DNA of 64,000 nucleotides, from the NCBI GenBank assembly GCA_052327205.1, contig CM126222.1, positions 31,992,001-32,056,000 on the forward strand. Direction: 5' to 3'. The translations under genes were made by a program, and so were the position numbers. This stretch comes from Somniosus microcephalus. Its lineage: Eukaryota. Below are positions 23,981 through 35,930 of this stretch, one piece after another; position 1 is the first letter of the stretch; the number at the start of each line of letters is the position of its first letter. The notes beneath the pieces were generated by a model. That model was not told the origin of the DNA. It saw only the letters and a program-made list of their open reading frames with translations, and did not search any database.

Positions 23981-26573
23981 ATTGAGTTCCAGAGTGCTAA
24001 GTATCTGAATTGATTTACATAATAGATTTGGAATCATCACTGATTTTAAGACACTCCAACACCTTATCACAGAGGCTTTGATTTCTCCACCATCAGGGCC
24101 TCCAGGGGATGGATCTGTAACAGGCCTTGTTATATCACGGGGGTTGGTTTGTGCTCATCCTGTGTTAAATTGATCCTGACTTCATGCAGGTCCCACTGCA
24201 GCAGTGCATCTTCCCTTTTTAAATCAGGCTTCTCACACACACACGGTACTTTATCACGCTTAAGGAGGAGTCTAAGCAAGTGAAATAAAGAATAGATTTG
24301 CCTTTCTAATCTAGGCTTTATTAACTTAAAAATCCTGTAGCACATCTTTCAACACCCAGTCCCAACTAAAGGCTGGAAGGAACTGAATTTAAGATGGCCA
24401 CCACAAATCACATGACATCAACTACCAATGAGATTACAACATATATCCCAAGGCAGGAAACAAACAACCAATCACAATACTTCTTACTAAACATAGAGAA
24501 TAATCACCACAGCAAGGTGTCTAGAAATGCCCCGAGAACACACATTGAACAGCATCTCCTGACAGTTTCAGCCTGGTCTTCCTTTGCATCCATATCCTTT
24601 AACTTTCCTTTCATGTGTAGCCCCCCTGCCCTTCTTGGTGAAAACTGCTTCTGGGTTTTACTGCCATGGTACAGTTTCTGGAGATTCATCTGAATCATTT
24701 TGCTGATGATTATCCATGGCAAGACTTTGATATCTGTGGTCACACAGAATCTCTACCCAGCAGGCCACAATTCTGGAAACAACTTCTTTTCTCCCTCAGG
24801 CACAAACTTAAAATCTTTCTTTCCAGGAACTTTTGTACCTTCCCGGCTCTCCATTGTTATCTCCAATGATTGTTATAAAGTGACCTCTTTGAGCAGGCAT
24901 TTCTAAGCTATTTGGTACTCATACACCATATATAGCAATTTAAAATAATTGACAGTCATAGTCATATGTAGCAGTGTCAGATAATTGACAGGGAGCCTGA
25001 ACACTCGCTACTCCTCCTCAAATTGGACAACTTCTTCCACATGGTTGCTTGTGATGCCTTCTGGACTCCTCGCCTTCTTGAGGATTGACTTTCATAGGAG
25101 GGCATTTCTGCATCCTCTCTTGCTGTTCTCACTGATTTGCATTGCCACATTGTCAAGTGGGCCTCAATACACCTTCCTCCCTCCACCAGCACTCAAAGTT
25201 GTACAGCTCACAGCTGCGCCAACATACTAAGAGTTATTAAAGCTGCTTGTGCTTGTGCGACTACTAACGGTGTTATTGGTGATTCAGCACAGTTATTGCA
25301 AGACTTTCCTGACTGCCACTCAGTTGCGCATTAAAAATAACACATCCTAGACCCACAAATGTATGATGTGTGTTCCTGCGGGTGCGGATAATTCTTTGCT
25401 AAGCCTTTAGTTTGAAGATGGTTTCTGGTGGCGAAGATTCTGTAAAATCCTCTACTGGAACACGAGGGAGGAGGGGCAACGTTCATTTTGAGCATACATC
25501 GGGTGGGTGGCAGGCAGAGTGATCCCACCCCCCCTGCCTGATGTCACTGGCTGCTGGCCCAATCGGTTTGCGTGATCGGGCCTCATTTAAATAAAATCGG
25601 TGCGCTGCCGGTGCTTATTGTTTAGCGGGGGTAGGAGGGAGACAGGAATTCCAGCCGCTCCTCTGCATATCCAAACCTGCAGGGAGACCTTAAGGAATGG
25701 AAGGTGATGGTTTGGGGTTGAAATGTGCTGACAGAGTAGAAAGTATACATGATCAAAAAAAAGGAGCTAGCCCCTTGTGTCCTTTTAATTCTGTCAGCCT
25801 ATCTGTTCTGTCAGCTCCTTTAACTCAAATTACTCTGTATAGTGCTCCATGCTCAGATTGCGACCACAAATTTAAGGTCTTCTGGGTGATGGTGAACAAT
25901 CTCGTTCCAGTGGGAGCATTTGTCCCAAATGAATAATGGAGATCATAAGATCTTTCTTACTCACAGTTATGAGTCTGCAGCAAAAAGCTGTTGCTTCTCA
26001 TTTCCAAAAGGTCGTAATTAAAGATGTTATGACTGAAAGTCTTCCTCAGTACAGCTGCAAGCACTTTGATGAGATTGGTGTTGAACAAGTGATGCCTTGC
26101 AAATGCTTCTGAATTACATTGACCTAATCAAAGCCTGACTGGAATTCTCAAGGGCTCTTTTGATACTGGTAAAATTCATATTGATAAACACTTAACTAAT
26201 AAGCAATGAATGTTATTATCCTTTTATAGCAATTGGTTAGCACAGAACAAAATTGCTTTGGACATTTCTTTAAGTTCGACAGATTTGCAATTTTGGGCAA
26301 CTTAGTAAAAGAACACCATTTTTGATTATGGATGCAGGAGTGTCTAACACACTGAATAATAGTAACTCTAGACAAGAGGCTCAATCATGCAATTCAGGTT
26401 AAGTTCAATTAACATCATAAAAGTCTATTGATGCAACCATTCATTTACTAATACATTGTGAATGAACTAGATTTTATATTTTTAATCACATCTATTATTA
26501 CATTAATCTTGTATTAAAAAAAAAATCATGTAATGTTTAAGTTTAATTCTTTTTGGACCCCTTAATATAAATC

Positions 26574-26843
26574 GGGGGTCAATATGGTCTCCTGGACTTG
26601 TTTCCATCACTTAAAGGGGTCGAAGAAGAACTTGCCCCATCTTTTGCCTGATTGGCTTGGCTTTTATCTGGTTTTTCGGCTTTTATCTGGTTTTTCGGCT
26701 TTTATCTGGTTTTTCGCCTCTCCCAGGAGATTACTTGGGTAGGGAGTGTATGAATTGTGATGCATAAGGCATGACAACGGTATGGGATAGGCTAGATCGA
26801 CCAGTAGGTCTTTACCGGTCCATCATTTTTGTATGTTCATACG
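26574..26843 (+). mobile_element. LINE/SINE 3' UTR remnant with internal 21-bp triplication (ggcttttatctggtttttc)
   Basis: Similar to 61300-61545; ends in gaccagtaggtcttt...tatgttcat tail. Confidence 0.5.
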
Positions 26844-27223
26844 AGGTTTTTTTTAAAAAGACAAAGACAGCCTTGTTACCAGGCTATGCTTGGGGACCAC
26901 GCAGAAAGTTTATGATGGTAAAGGGTGCTTAGAGAGAAGATTTGTTTTATAGTTTCTTTGTTAACAGAAACAGTAATGTGTGTTAGAAAGGAGCTCAGCT
27001 ACTAGTCCACATAATTAATTTATATTAGTCAACCTTCTAAGGTGTTGCTCACAGTAAGTAGGAAGATGTGGTCTCTCTATTACCTGTCTCTGTCAGTTAA
27101 TGTTGCTTTTATTTTCTCTCTATTCTGTGCATCTCTGCATTTCTCTACTGCATTGCTCTCTAAGCTCTTCAACCTCCTTTGGTCCCTTTTTTTGCTTCTT
27201 TTCTTCCCTTTTGGGTGGGTGAG

Positions 27224-27895
27224 GTGATGGGGACGGGAGCTGCTGGGGGGCTCCAGCTTGTGTGATGGGGACGGGAGCTGCTGGGGGCTCCAGCTTGTGT
27301 GATGGGGACGGGAGCTGCTGGGGGGCTCCAGCTTGTGTGATGGGGACGGGAGCTGCTGGGAGCTCCAGCTTGTGTGATGGGGACGGGAGCTGCTGGGGGC
27401 TCCAGCTTGTGTGATGGGGACGGGAGCTGCTGGGAGCTCCAGCTTGTGTGATGGAGACAGGAGCTGCTGGGGGCTCCAGCTTGTGTGATGGGGACGGGAG
27501 CTGCTGGGGAGCTCCAGCTTGTGTGATGGGGACGGGAGCTGCTGGGGGGCTCCAGCTTGTGTGATGGGGACGGGAGCTGCTGGGGGCTCCAGCTTGTGTG
27601 ATGGAGACAGGAGCTGCTGGGGGCTCCAGCTTGTGTGATGGGGACGGGAGCTGCTGGGGAGCTGCAGCTTGTGTGATGGGGACGGGAGCTGCTGGGGGGC
27701 TGCAGCTTGTGTGATGGGGACGGGAGCTGCTGGGGAGCTCCAGCTTGTGTGATGGGGACGGGAGCTGCTGGGGGCTCCAGTTTGTGTGATGGGGACGGGA
27801 GCTGCTGGGGGCTCCAGCTTGTGTGATGGGGACGGGAGCTGCTGGGGGCTCCAGCTTGTGTGATGGGGACGGGAGCTGCTGGGGGCTCCAGCTTG
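27224..27895. repeat. Minisatellite, ~37-bp unit (tgtgtgatggggacgggagctgctgggggctccagct), ~18 copies
   Basis: Direct tandem array read from sequence; 36-38 bp variants in the G run. Confidence 0.95.
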
Positions 27896-30623
27896 CATTT
27901 TGCAGCAGCCGATAGGTGGAAAATGAAACTTGTAGTTCTCAACAGTTCTCTATATATCTCGTCACAATTCACCCCTACCCCTTGCTCCCATCATCTCCCT
28001 TTCCCACCAACCCTTCTCCGCAGTTTCCTCCCCACCCCTCCTATCATGCCCCCAAACCCTTCCCCTTCATTCGCTACATTCCTCCCAATCTCACTTGCTG
28101 TTCACCTCTCTGTCTCCTTTGCCCCAAATCCTCACCAGTGATTCCTTACCCCAAACACCTGCAGTCCTGCCCCCCCTCCAGCCTCACCATTCTCTCACTT
28201 ACTCCCAGTCAGTCTCAGCCAGCATTCACTTCTCCTTGACCCCATTCCTTACTCACTCAGCTCCTACCCCCTATTTTATCCTTCACGTCCCTCAACTCAT
28301 ATTGTGTCCCCTCCACCAATGTCTCCTATCCTTCTCAGCCCCATTCATGTCCGTCACTGACTTAATCCCAATACCCTCTCCTCACCAATCTCATTTTAAA
28401 TCCCCTTCTTCCTACCATCCTCACCCAAAATCCCCAATCGCTATACTGCCTCACCCCCACCCCCCCACCCCCCAACCTTGGTGAAGGTGCAATTTGATTT
28501 TCTAAATGGCTTATCACACTATAGATAGCTTAGTGCTGGTAAACTGATGAAGAAGGAGCTCCTTTGGGGACCGGGAGAAGGGCACTAGGCCCAATGGGCA
28601 AATGGTCTAGACATTAGGCTGTGGGGAACCAGGTGGCTGAACATCTGAATTGGAGCCAAGCAAGAAGGCAAGGGCAGGAAGGAGGCTGGGAAACCTAAGC
28701 CAGCCGGAGTCCCGAGGCCCTGTGTCAGGGAAGGCACACTGAGACATGGAGGCAGCTGAAAGAAAGCAATGGCGCAGTAAATAAAATAAAAATACACGGA
28801 AAATGGGCTAATCAAGCGTGCAAATAAAATGTATAAATTTAAATAAACTTAAAATAAAATGTACCTGCTGGAAAATAATAAATGTTTAGGAAATTTAAAA
28901 GAAAAAAAAGCTTACCCATAGTGCCACCAAGAAAAACAGATCTGGGAGACCGACCTTGGAAGGGCAAGAGTGCCACCTGGCTTTCGGAGTCCTGAAAGGG
29001 AAGTCGAACAACATTAAGAGCAATATATTAATCCACTCATTGTAAAGCAGTTTATCGTGTCCTGAGGAAGTGATGAGGCATTATAAAAATGCAAATCTTT
29101 CTTTCACATTTTGATTTCTTCACAGCATCTTATACAAACTGTAGTTTTCAAGCACTTTTCAGCTTAACAGCAGTTCCAGATATTACACCGAGGCGTAACA
29201 CAGGAGTGACACAGGAAGTCCACAAGACTTCTAGTGATGGTCAGAAGGCTGTGTTCCGGGAATTAAACAGGAATATTTTCTGGAGTGCTATACGCAAACT
29301 CTGAAATAACTTTTTAAAAGTTCAAATTTGTATTGGGTGATGTATTTGGTTCCAATCTTCAAAAGAGGTTCAATAGATTTTTTGATGTTTTTGCCTAAAG
29401 GAATGTAGGTTTATCTTTTACTCAGAATTTCTCAAGCAAAAGCATTTTGATTTAACCTAGTTGTTAAATACAGTAATACACCAACAATAGCACAGTTTTG
29501 GATCATTGTATTCAGCTGGCTCTCCTTTACAGGCAGAAATAGGTGATGTGCAGTTCGTTGATTTATAACCTAAGTCTACACATGTCTAAAAACATGTATA
29601 GTGGGTGCTTTATCCAATACATCACACTGCCTGTGTCACCCTTCAGGTGTCACACCTGTATATATGTAAATTTCTTGCAGCTGATTGACTGACATTTCAC
29701 TTTCATGACATGACAACAAATTTCAGTTAAATATTGCAGGGACGTGCAAATCAAATATGAGGGAAAAACAGCAGGGAACTACAAATGACATAGGAAAGAA
29801 ATGAGTCAAGAGTAAGCAGTTAGTAAACTCTACCAAAAAGTAGAAAGGTGAACCATGAGATTGCTCCAAAATGTTTTGGGGCTGCTATTTTGCTTTCTCC
29901 ACCAAGCTGTAGACAAGGTTTTTTTTTTCTCGTATTCTCTTTTTGCAACTCTTACTACTTTCTTTGTGTCCCTTTACTGTTCTTTACATCTCTCCCAGCC
30001 CGCGGGATCTCCACTATTCTTTGCATCTGTGTAAGCTCTTTATTTTATACTATCTCTCACCTCTTTTGTTGGCCAAGGTTGTTCAATTACACAAGTAGAG
30101 CTCTTGCCCTTTAGGGGTAGTACAGATCTTGTATTGTACCAAATACTTATTTGAACACCTCCCACTGTTCATCTGTAGTTTTACCCTTCAAAGACAACCT
30201 TACCTAAATTTAAAACCTTGGTTGTGACACACCCTTCTCCCTCTCAAAAGTATTTAGTTTACTTTCTCTGGGAAATTCTCTTATAAATTTCTTCCCAAAT
30301 TCTTTCAGTAGAGATGTGCATCCCTTCTCCACTTCCACACTTTTGCAACCCACCCTGTAATAAGTTAATCTCTAAACTCACTGAACAACACTGCGGGAGA
30401 TCTACTAGTATGCAAGATAAATTTAGCTGATCCTGCTTGTTAATACAGACCTGTACGAATCAGAATGGAGGGGCTACCTTACACCTTAGTGAGTGAATGC
30501 ACTTTGTGATGTGTACTGAGCTGTCAGCCTTGGCTATGTGATAGCACTCTCGCCTCTGTGTCAGAAGCTAATGAGTTCAAGCCCCACTCAAGGGCTTGAG
30601 CACATAATTTAGACTGATACTTC

Positions 30624-33600
30624 TGATGCGCCTCAATAACTTCAAGACTCAAAGTTAGCTGAATAAAACAAGGCTTTTATTAGCAAAGAAAAGATGCCTG
30701 TGTCTGCACCTAGCTTCACCTAGCATGCTGCTGTTCTGCTGCAAGACAAGCCTGGGCTTGTCTTAAGTAAGGCCAGGTATGGGCGGAGCCGACACCCAAA
30801 GGGGGCGGCGCACTATACACAATACAAGGTAACACACCGGAGCAGGCAATACAATATGTGTAGTTAACTACAGAGTCTGATGAATGACATATTTCATCAC
30901 ATTCACCCCTTCTACAGATTTAGTCTGTCCGGGGGTGTGATAGTCCTCTGTGACCGGCGTAACGGTTGCGGTGCCGCGGGTGCCGGCTGGGTGTCCCGGG
31001 TGGTCTCCTGGGTCTCTGCCGGGGGCGCCACCGGGGTTGTTGAAGGAGTAGGTGGTGAGGATACCGTTGGCTGGTGTTCTTCCGGGGGTGATGAAAGAAT
31101 AGTGGGTGGAGTGGGTGGGTAATAGTTGTTGTGGTTGTTGTGGTTGTTGTTGTTGTTGTAGTTGTTGTAGTTGTTGTCGTTGTTGCTGTTGTTACCGGCT
31201 GGGGCGAGGTCTTTTATGGACACAGTGTCCTCCCATCCGTCGGCGTGCCGGACATACGCATATTGTGGGTTGGCGTGGAGCAGGTGCACTGGCTCCACGA
31301 GAGGGTCCGTCTTGTGGCCCCTCACATGCTTTCGCAAAAGTACCGGACCTGGGGTGGAGAGCCATGACGGTATGGATACGCCTGAGGTGGATTTCCGGGG
31401 AAACACAAACATTAGCTCATGAGGCGTGACATTAGTGGCGGTACACAATAGTGACCGTATTGAGTGGAGCACATCTGGGAGGACTTCCTGCCAGCGGGAG
31501 ATAGGGAGGCCCTTGGTCCTTAGAGTTAGGGTGACTGCCCTCCATACTGTCCCATTCTCTCGCTCCACCTGACCGTTACCCCGGGGGCTGTAGCTGGTGG
31601 TACGGCTCATGGCAATCCCCTTGGACAGCATGTACTGGCGTAGCTCTTCACTCATGAAGGATGCCCCCCTATCCGTGTGGATATAGCTTGGCATACCGAA
31701 CAGGCAGAACAGGCTGTTGAGGCATTTAATGGTCATGTCTGGGCAGGGGAAGGCGAATGGGAAACGGGAGTATTCGTCCACAATGTTCAGGAAGTAAACA
31801 TTGCGGTCGACGGACGGGAGGGGGCCCTTGAAATCCAAGCTAAGCCGCTCGAAGGGCCGTGTAGCTTTGATTAGGTGGGCTCTATCAGGGCGGTAGAACC
31901 GAGGCTTGCAATCAGCGCAAGTGCGGCAGTTCCTGGTCAGGGACCGAACTTCCTCAATCGAGTAGGGTAAGTTGCGGGACTTTATGAAGTGGAACAGCCG
32001 TGTGACCCCTGGGTGGCAGAGGTCGTTGTGGAGGGTCTGTAGCCGATCCCCGGTGGCGTTGGCACACATCCCTCGTGAGAGGGCGTCGGGGGATTCGCTA
32101 AGGGCCCCCGGCCGGTATATGATGTCGTACTCGAAGGTGGAGAGTTCGATCCGCCACCTAAGAATCTTATCATTTTTAATCTTCCCCCTCTGTTTATTAT
32201 TGAACATAAACGCTACCGACCGCTGGTCGGTAAGTAAGGTGAAGCGTTTGCCGGCTAGGTAGTGCCGCCAGTGGCGCACTGCCTCCACGATGGCTTGGGC
32301 CTCCTTTTCCACGGAGGAGTGTCTGATCTCGGGCCCCTGGAGGGTCCTCGAGAAGAAAGCTGCGGGCCGCCCCGCCTGGTTGAGGGTGGCCGCCAAGGCA
32401 AAGTCAGACGCATCACTTTCCACTTGAAAGGGAGTGTTCTCGTCCACTGCCTGTAACGTGGCCCGCTCAATATCCTGCTTAATGCTTTTGAAGGCAGCAT
32501 GGGCCTCAGCAGAGAGCGGGAAAGCGGATGCTTTCAAGAGGGGGCGGGCTTTATCGGAGTAGTTGGGGACCCATTGGGCATAATACGAGAATAACCCCAG
32601 GCACCTTTTCAGGGCTTTGGGAGTGTTGGGCAGGGGCAGCTCCCGTAGGGGGCGCAATCGGTCGGGGTCTGGTCCGATTTCCCCATTCTCCACCACGCTG
32701 CCTAGTATGCAGAGGCGCCTGGTGTTGAAAACGCACTTGTCCTCGTTGTAGGTGAGGTTGAGTTTTTGTGCGGTTTTCAGAAACCTCGCGAGGTTTGAGT
32801 CGTGGTCCTGTTGGTTGTGGCCGCAGATGGTGACATTGTCGAGATAGGGGAAGGTTGCCTGCAAGCGGTGGTCATCGACCATGCGGTCCATCTCCCTCTG
32901 AAAGACCGAGACCCCATTCGTCACCCCAAAGGGGACTCTGAGGAACTGGTAGAGGCGTCCGTTTGCCTTGAAGGCGGTGTACGAACGGTCCTCTGGTCTG
33001 ATAGGGAGCTGGTGGTACGCTGACTTGAGGTCGACGGTGGAGAACACCCGGTATTGGGCGATTTGGTTCACCATCTCGGATATGCGGGGTAGCGGGTAGG
33101 CGTCTAGTTGGTTATAGATGTTGACTGTTTGACTATAGTCAATCACCATCCGCTTCTTCTCGCTACCCCTCACCACCACCACTTGGGCGCGCCACGGGCT
33201 GTTGCTGCGTTCAATAATGCGCTCCTTCAAGAGCCTGCCTACCTCGGTCGCGATAAACCGCCTGTCCTCCCAGCTGTACCTCCTGCTTTTGGTCGCTATT
33301 GGCCGGCAGTTAGGGGTAAGGTTCGCGAATAGCGAAGGCGGCTTTACCTTCAGGGTAGCCAGACCGCACACTGTGAGGGGCGGCTGGGTCCCACCGAAAT
33401 TGAGCGTGATGCTTTGGTGGTCGCACTGAAAATCCAGGCCCAAGATCACACTCACACATAAATCCTTCATAATTAACAGTTTAAAATTATTATATACAGT
33501 GCCTTTAGCGGACAATCGTACCGCGCAGTAACCCGCAATAGTCGATATCTGGGTTTTGTCGGCCATAGAGATCTTGCCCTGAGTAGGGACTATAGTTAGA

Positions 33601-34986
33601 GAGAGTCGTTGTACCAGATCAGGGTGAATGAAGCTCTCCGTGCTCCCGCTGTCAATTAAACACTTAACCTTGCACCCGTTTATCTCGATGTCCACCATCG
33701 ATTTGGATAGTGGGTGCGGTCTGGACTGGTCCACTGTGATCGACGCCACTGTAGGGCCCTGATCGGGACAAGATGGTAGGCCCCACGAGGCCGGGTAAGA
33801 TGGCGTCCACGATGTCTGCTTGCGAGATGGCAGACCCCACGAGGTCGGACAAGATGGCGTCCAAGATGGCCGCTCCCACGGCGCGCACGCGGCGGTGGCG
33901 GTTTTGCCTGCGGGGTTCCCTCTGCACACCTTCCCAAAGTGCCCCTTCTTACCGCACTTACAGCAGGTGGTGCCTTTCGCCGGGCACAGGTTCCTGGTGT
34001 GCTTCGGCTGCCCGCAGAAGTAGCATTTGGGGCCCCGATGCGTCGCGGCGGTCGTAGGGCTTCTGGGGGGAGAGCAGGGCCCCGACGGTGTTGGGCTACT
34101 GGGCGGGGAAGCAGAGGCGGCGTGGGCTGCGCGGCCTGACGAGTAGGAGTCAGAGTTCTTCTGAGCCACATCCAGCGATCGCGCTGTGTCCACAGCCTGT
34201 GTCAGATCTAGGCCCGTTTTCTCTAGCAGTCTCTGCCGGATGTAATTAGAGCTAAGGCCTGCGATAAAGGCATCCCAAATAAGCTCGTCTGTGTATACCG
34301 TGGCTTTCACGTCTTTGCATTTGCAGTCTTTGCCAAGCACTTTTAGGGTGACTAGAAAGTCCTCTAGCGACTCTCCGGGTCGCTGTGTGCAGGTAGCAAG
34401 CAGGTGCCTGGCGTACACCTCGTTGGTAGGCCGCTGATAGTGGGCCTTTAGAATGTTGCAGGCATCCAGGTAGGTGGCGGCGTCTTGGATGAGTGGAAAA
34501 ACCCGGTGGCTTACCCGATTCTGCAGGATCCTGAGTTTCACATCTCCGGTGGCTTTAGAGGCTGTGACGGCTTCGGAGTTGGCCATAAAGAATTCCAAGC
34601 ACTGGAACCAGTGTCCAAACCGTGCCGATGCATCCGAAGCATGCGGGTCCAAATCCAAGCGTTCCGGTTTCAAAAGTTGATCCATCGTTAAAAGTTTGCT
34701 AATAAAATTGATGCGCCTCAATAACTTCAAGACTCAAAGTTAGCTGAATAAAACAAGGCTTTTATTAGCAAAGAAAAGATGCCTGTGTCTGCACCTAGCT
34801 TCACCTAGCATGCTGCTGTTCTGCTGCAAGACAAGCCTGGGCTTGTCTTAAGTAAGGCCAGGTATGGGCGGAGCCGACACCCAAAGAGGGCGGTGCACTA
34901 TACACAATACAAGGTAACACACCGGAGCAGGCAATACAATATGTGTAGTTAACTACAGAGTCTGATGAATGACATATTTCATCACA
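30624..34986 (-). mobile_element. Full-length young Ty3/gypsy LTR retrotransposon
   Basis: 278-bp LTRs 30624-30901 and 34709-34986 (TG...CA, 2 differences seen), 5-bp TSD acttc, polypurine tract aggggtgaa, single gag-pol ORF. Confidence 0.97.
30912..34685 (-). CDS. Gag-Pol polyprotein (two zinc knuckles, protease LIDSGS, RT YLDN, RNase H DASD, integrase), 1257 aa
   Basis: Uninterrupted ORF; first ATG downstream of the 5' LTR at 34685; PR-RT-RH-IN order of Ty3/gypsy. Confidence 0.93.
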   Translation of the reverse strand: MDQLLKPERLDLDPHASDASARFGHWFQCLEFFMANSEAVTASKATGDVKLRILQNRVSHRVFPLIQDAATYLDACNILKAHYQRPTNEVYARHLLATCTQRPGESLEDFLVTLKVLGKDCKCKDVKATVYTDELIWDAFIAGLSSNYIRQRLLEKTGLDLTQAVDTARSLDVAQKNSDSYSSGRAAHAASASPPSSPTPSGPCSPPRSPTTAATHRGPKCYFCGQPKHTRNLCPAKGTTCCKCGKKGHFGKVCRGNPAGKTATAACAPWERPSWTPSCPTSWGLPSRKQTSWTPSYPASWGLPSCPDQGPTVASITVDQSRPHPLSKSMVDIEINGCKVKCLIDSGSTESFIHPDLVQRLSLTIVPTQGKISMADKTQISTIAGYCAVRLSAKGTVYNNFKLLIMKDLCVSVILGLDFQCDHQSITLNFGGTQPPLTVCGLATLKVKPPSLFANLTPNCRPIATKSRRYSWEDRRFIATEVGRLLKERIIERSNSPWRAQVVVVRGSEKKRMVIDYSQTVNIYNQLDAYPLPRISEMVNQIAQYRVFSTVDLKSAYHQLPIRPEDRSYTAFKANGRLYQFLRVPFGVTNGVSVFQREMDRMVDDHRLQATFPYLDNVTICGHNQQDHDSNLARFLKTAQKLNLTYNEDKCVFNTRRLCILGSVVENGEIGPDPDRLRPLRELPLPNTPKALKRCLGLFSYYAQWVPNYSDKARPLLKASAFPLSAEAHAAFKSIKQDIERATLQAVDENTPFQVESDASDFALAATLNQAGRPAAFFSRTLQGPEIRHSSVEKEAQAIVEAVRHWRHYLAGKRFTLLTDQRSVAFMFNNKQRGKIKNDKILRWRIELSTFEYDIIYRPGALSESPDALSRGMCANATGDRLQTLHNDLCHPGVTRLFHFIKSRNLPYSIEEVRSLTRNCRTCADCKPRFYRPDRAHLIKATRPFERLSLDFKGPLPSVDRNVYFLNIVDEYSRFPFAFPCPDMTIKCLNSLFCLFGMPSYIHTDRGASFMSEELRQYMLSKGIAMSRTTSYSPRGNGQVERENGTVWRAVTLTLRTKGLPISRWQEVLPDVLHSIRSLLCTATNVTPHELMFVFPRKSTSGVSIPSWLSTPGPVLLRKHVRGHKTDPLVEPVHLLHANPQYAYVRHADGWEDTVSIKDLAPAGNNSNNDNNYNNYNNNNNHNNHNNYYPPTPPTILSSPPEEHQPTVSSPPTPSTTPVAPPAETQETTRDTQPAPAAPQPLRRSQRTITPPDRLNL

Positions 34987-35271
34987 ACTTCAGTGCAACA
35001 CTCCCTCAATGCTGCACTGTTGGAGCTGCCGCCTTTTGGATGAGATGTTAAAGCGAAGCCCTGTCTGCCCTCTCAAGTGGACATAAAAGATCCAGTCTCA
35101 CTGTTGAAAGAAGAGCAATGGAGTTCTCCTGATACCCTGGTCAATATTTATCACTCAACCATTAATAAAACAGATTAGCTGGTCATTTAGCTTTTTCTGT
35201 TTGTGGGATCATTGGCTGCCATGTTTCCCTATAATATAATGGAAATTACACTTCAAAAGTACTTCATTGGC

Positions 35272-35930
35272 TGTGTTGAGCACACCAGATGACACGTCAG
35301 GTGATTCAAGAAACTCACAAGATACTTAGCATGGTGTATAACGTTAAAAGTTCCAATGTCCACCCGAACTTAACTAACCATTACATTCATAGATAGATCT
35401 TAATTCTATAACACCTATTCTATTACAAGTTATGAGCTCTTCTAGCCATTGCATGCTCACAACTCATGGCGCCTCGCCTTGGTCAGAATCCACGTCCTGG
35501 TCTCTCAAAGTACCAGCTGACTAATCGGCTCCCTCTCTTTTATACAGTCATTCTTGTTTTTACCTTTTTCAGCCAGCTGTGGCGGACAGACTTCATTTCA
35601 CAACACAGGTGGAGACCTATAGTTACTGCAAAGGCTCCATTCTTATCTGAGCTCTCTCAGCGTTGCAGACTGAATTAATTCCTTTTTTTGTCCAGTAATT
35701 TCTATTACCCCACTGCTTCTTCCTGCTTAACCTTATATTTCTGTTCTGGCTAATTTGCTTAAACATGTTTTCTTCTTCCAGTTGGGTTTATGTCAGCGAA
35801 AGCCTATTACAGTACGTGACTGCCTACATGTACTCCAACTCAAGCTAACTTTGTTGACCCATGATGCCTGTGTTAGCTATATTGTCATTGTTTAATGCCA
35901 AAGCCTGTAGCGAAACGCATTTATTTACCA
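35272..35930 (-). mobile_element. Probable solo LTR inserted in the SINE tail
   Basis: TG...CA ends, flanks attggc/actggc, minus-strand TATA-like gtataaaag near 35540; no coding content. Confidence 0.5.

Noticed and set aside
24128-24975. Possible solo LTR (TG start, LTR-like composition)
   Set aside because: No matching TSD or second copy found
27080-27972. Two ~270-aa repetitive ORFs and a CRISPR-like 37-bp periodicity
   Set aside because: Head-to-tail minisatellite with no unique spacers; eukaryotic context
34686-34730. ORF-track N-terminal extension of the gypsy ORF
   Set aside because: Starts at a non-ATG codon within the LTR; first ATG is at 34685
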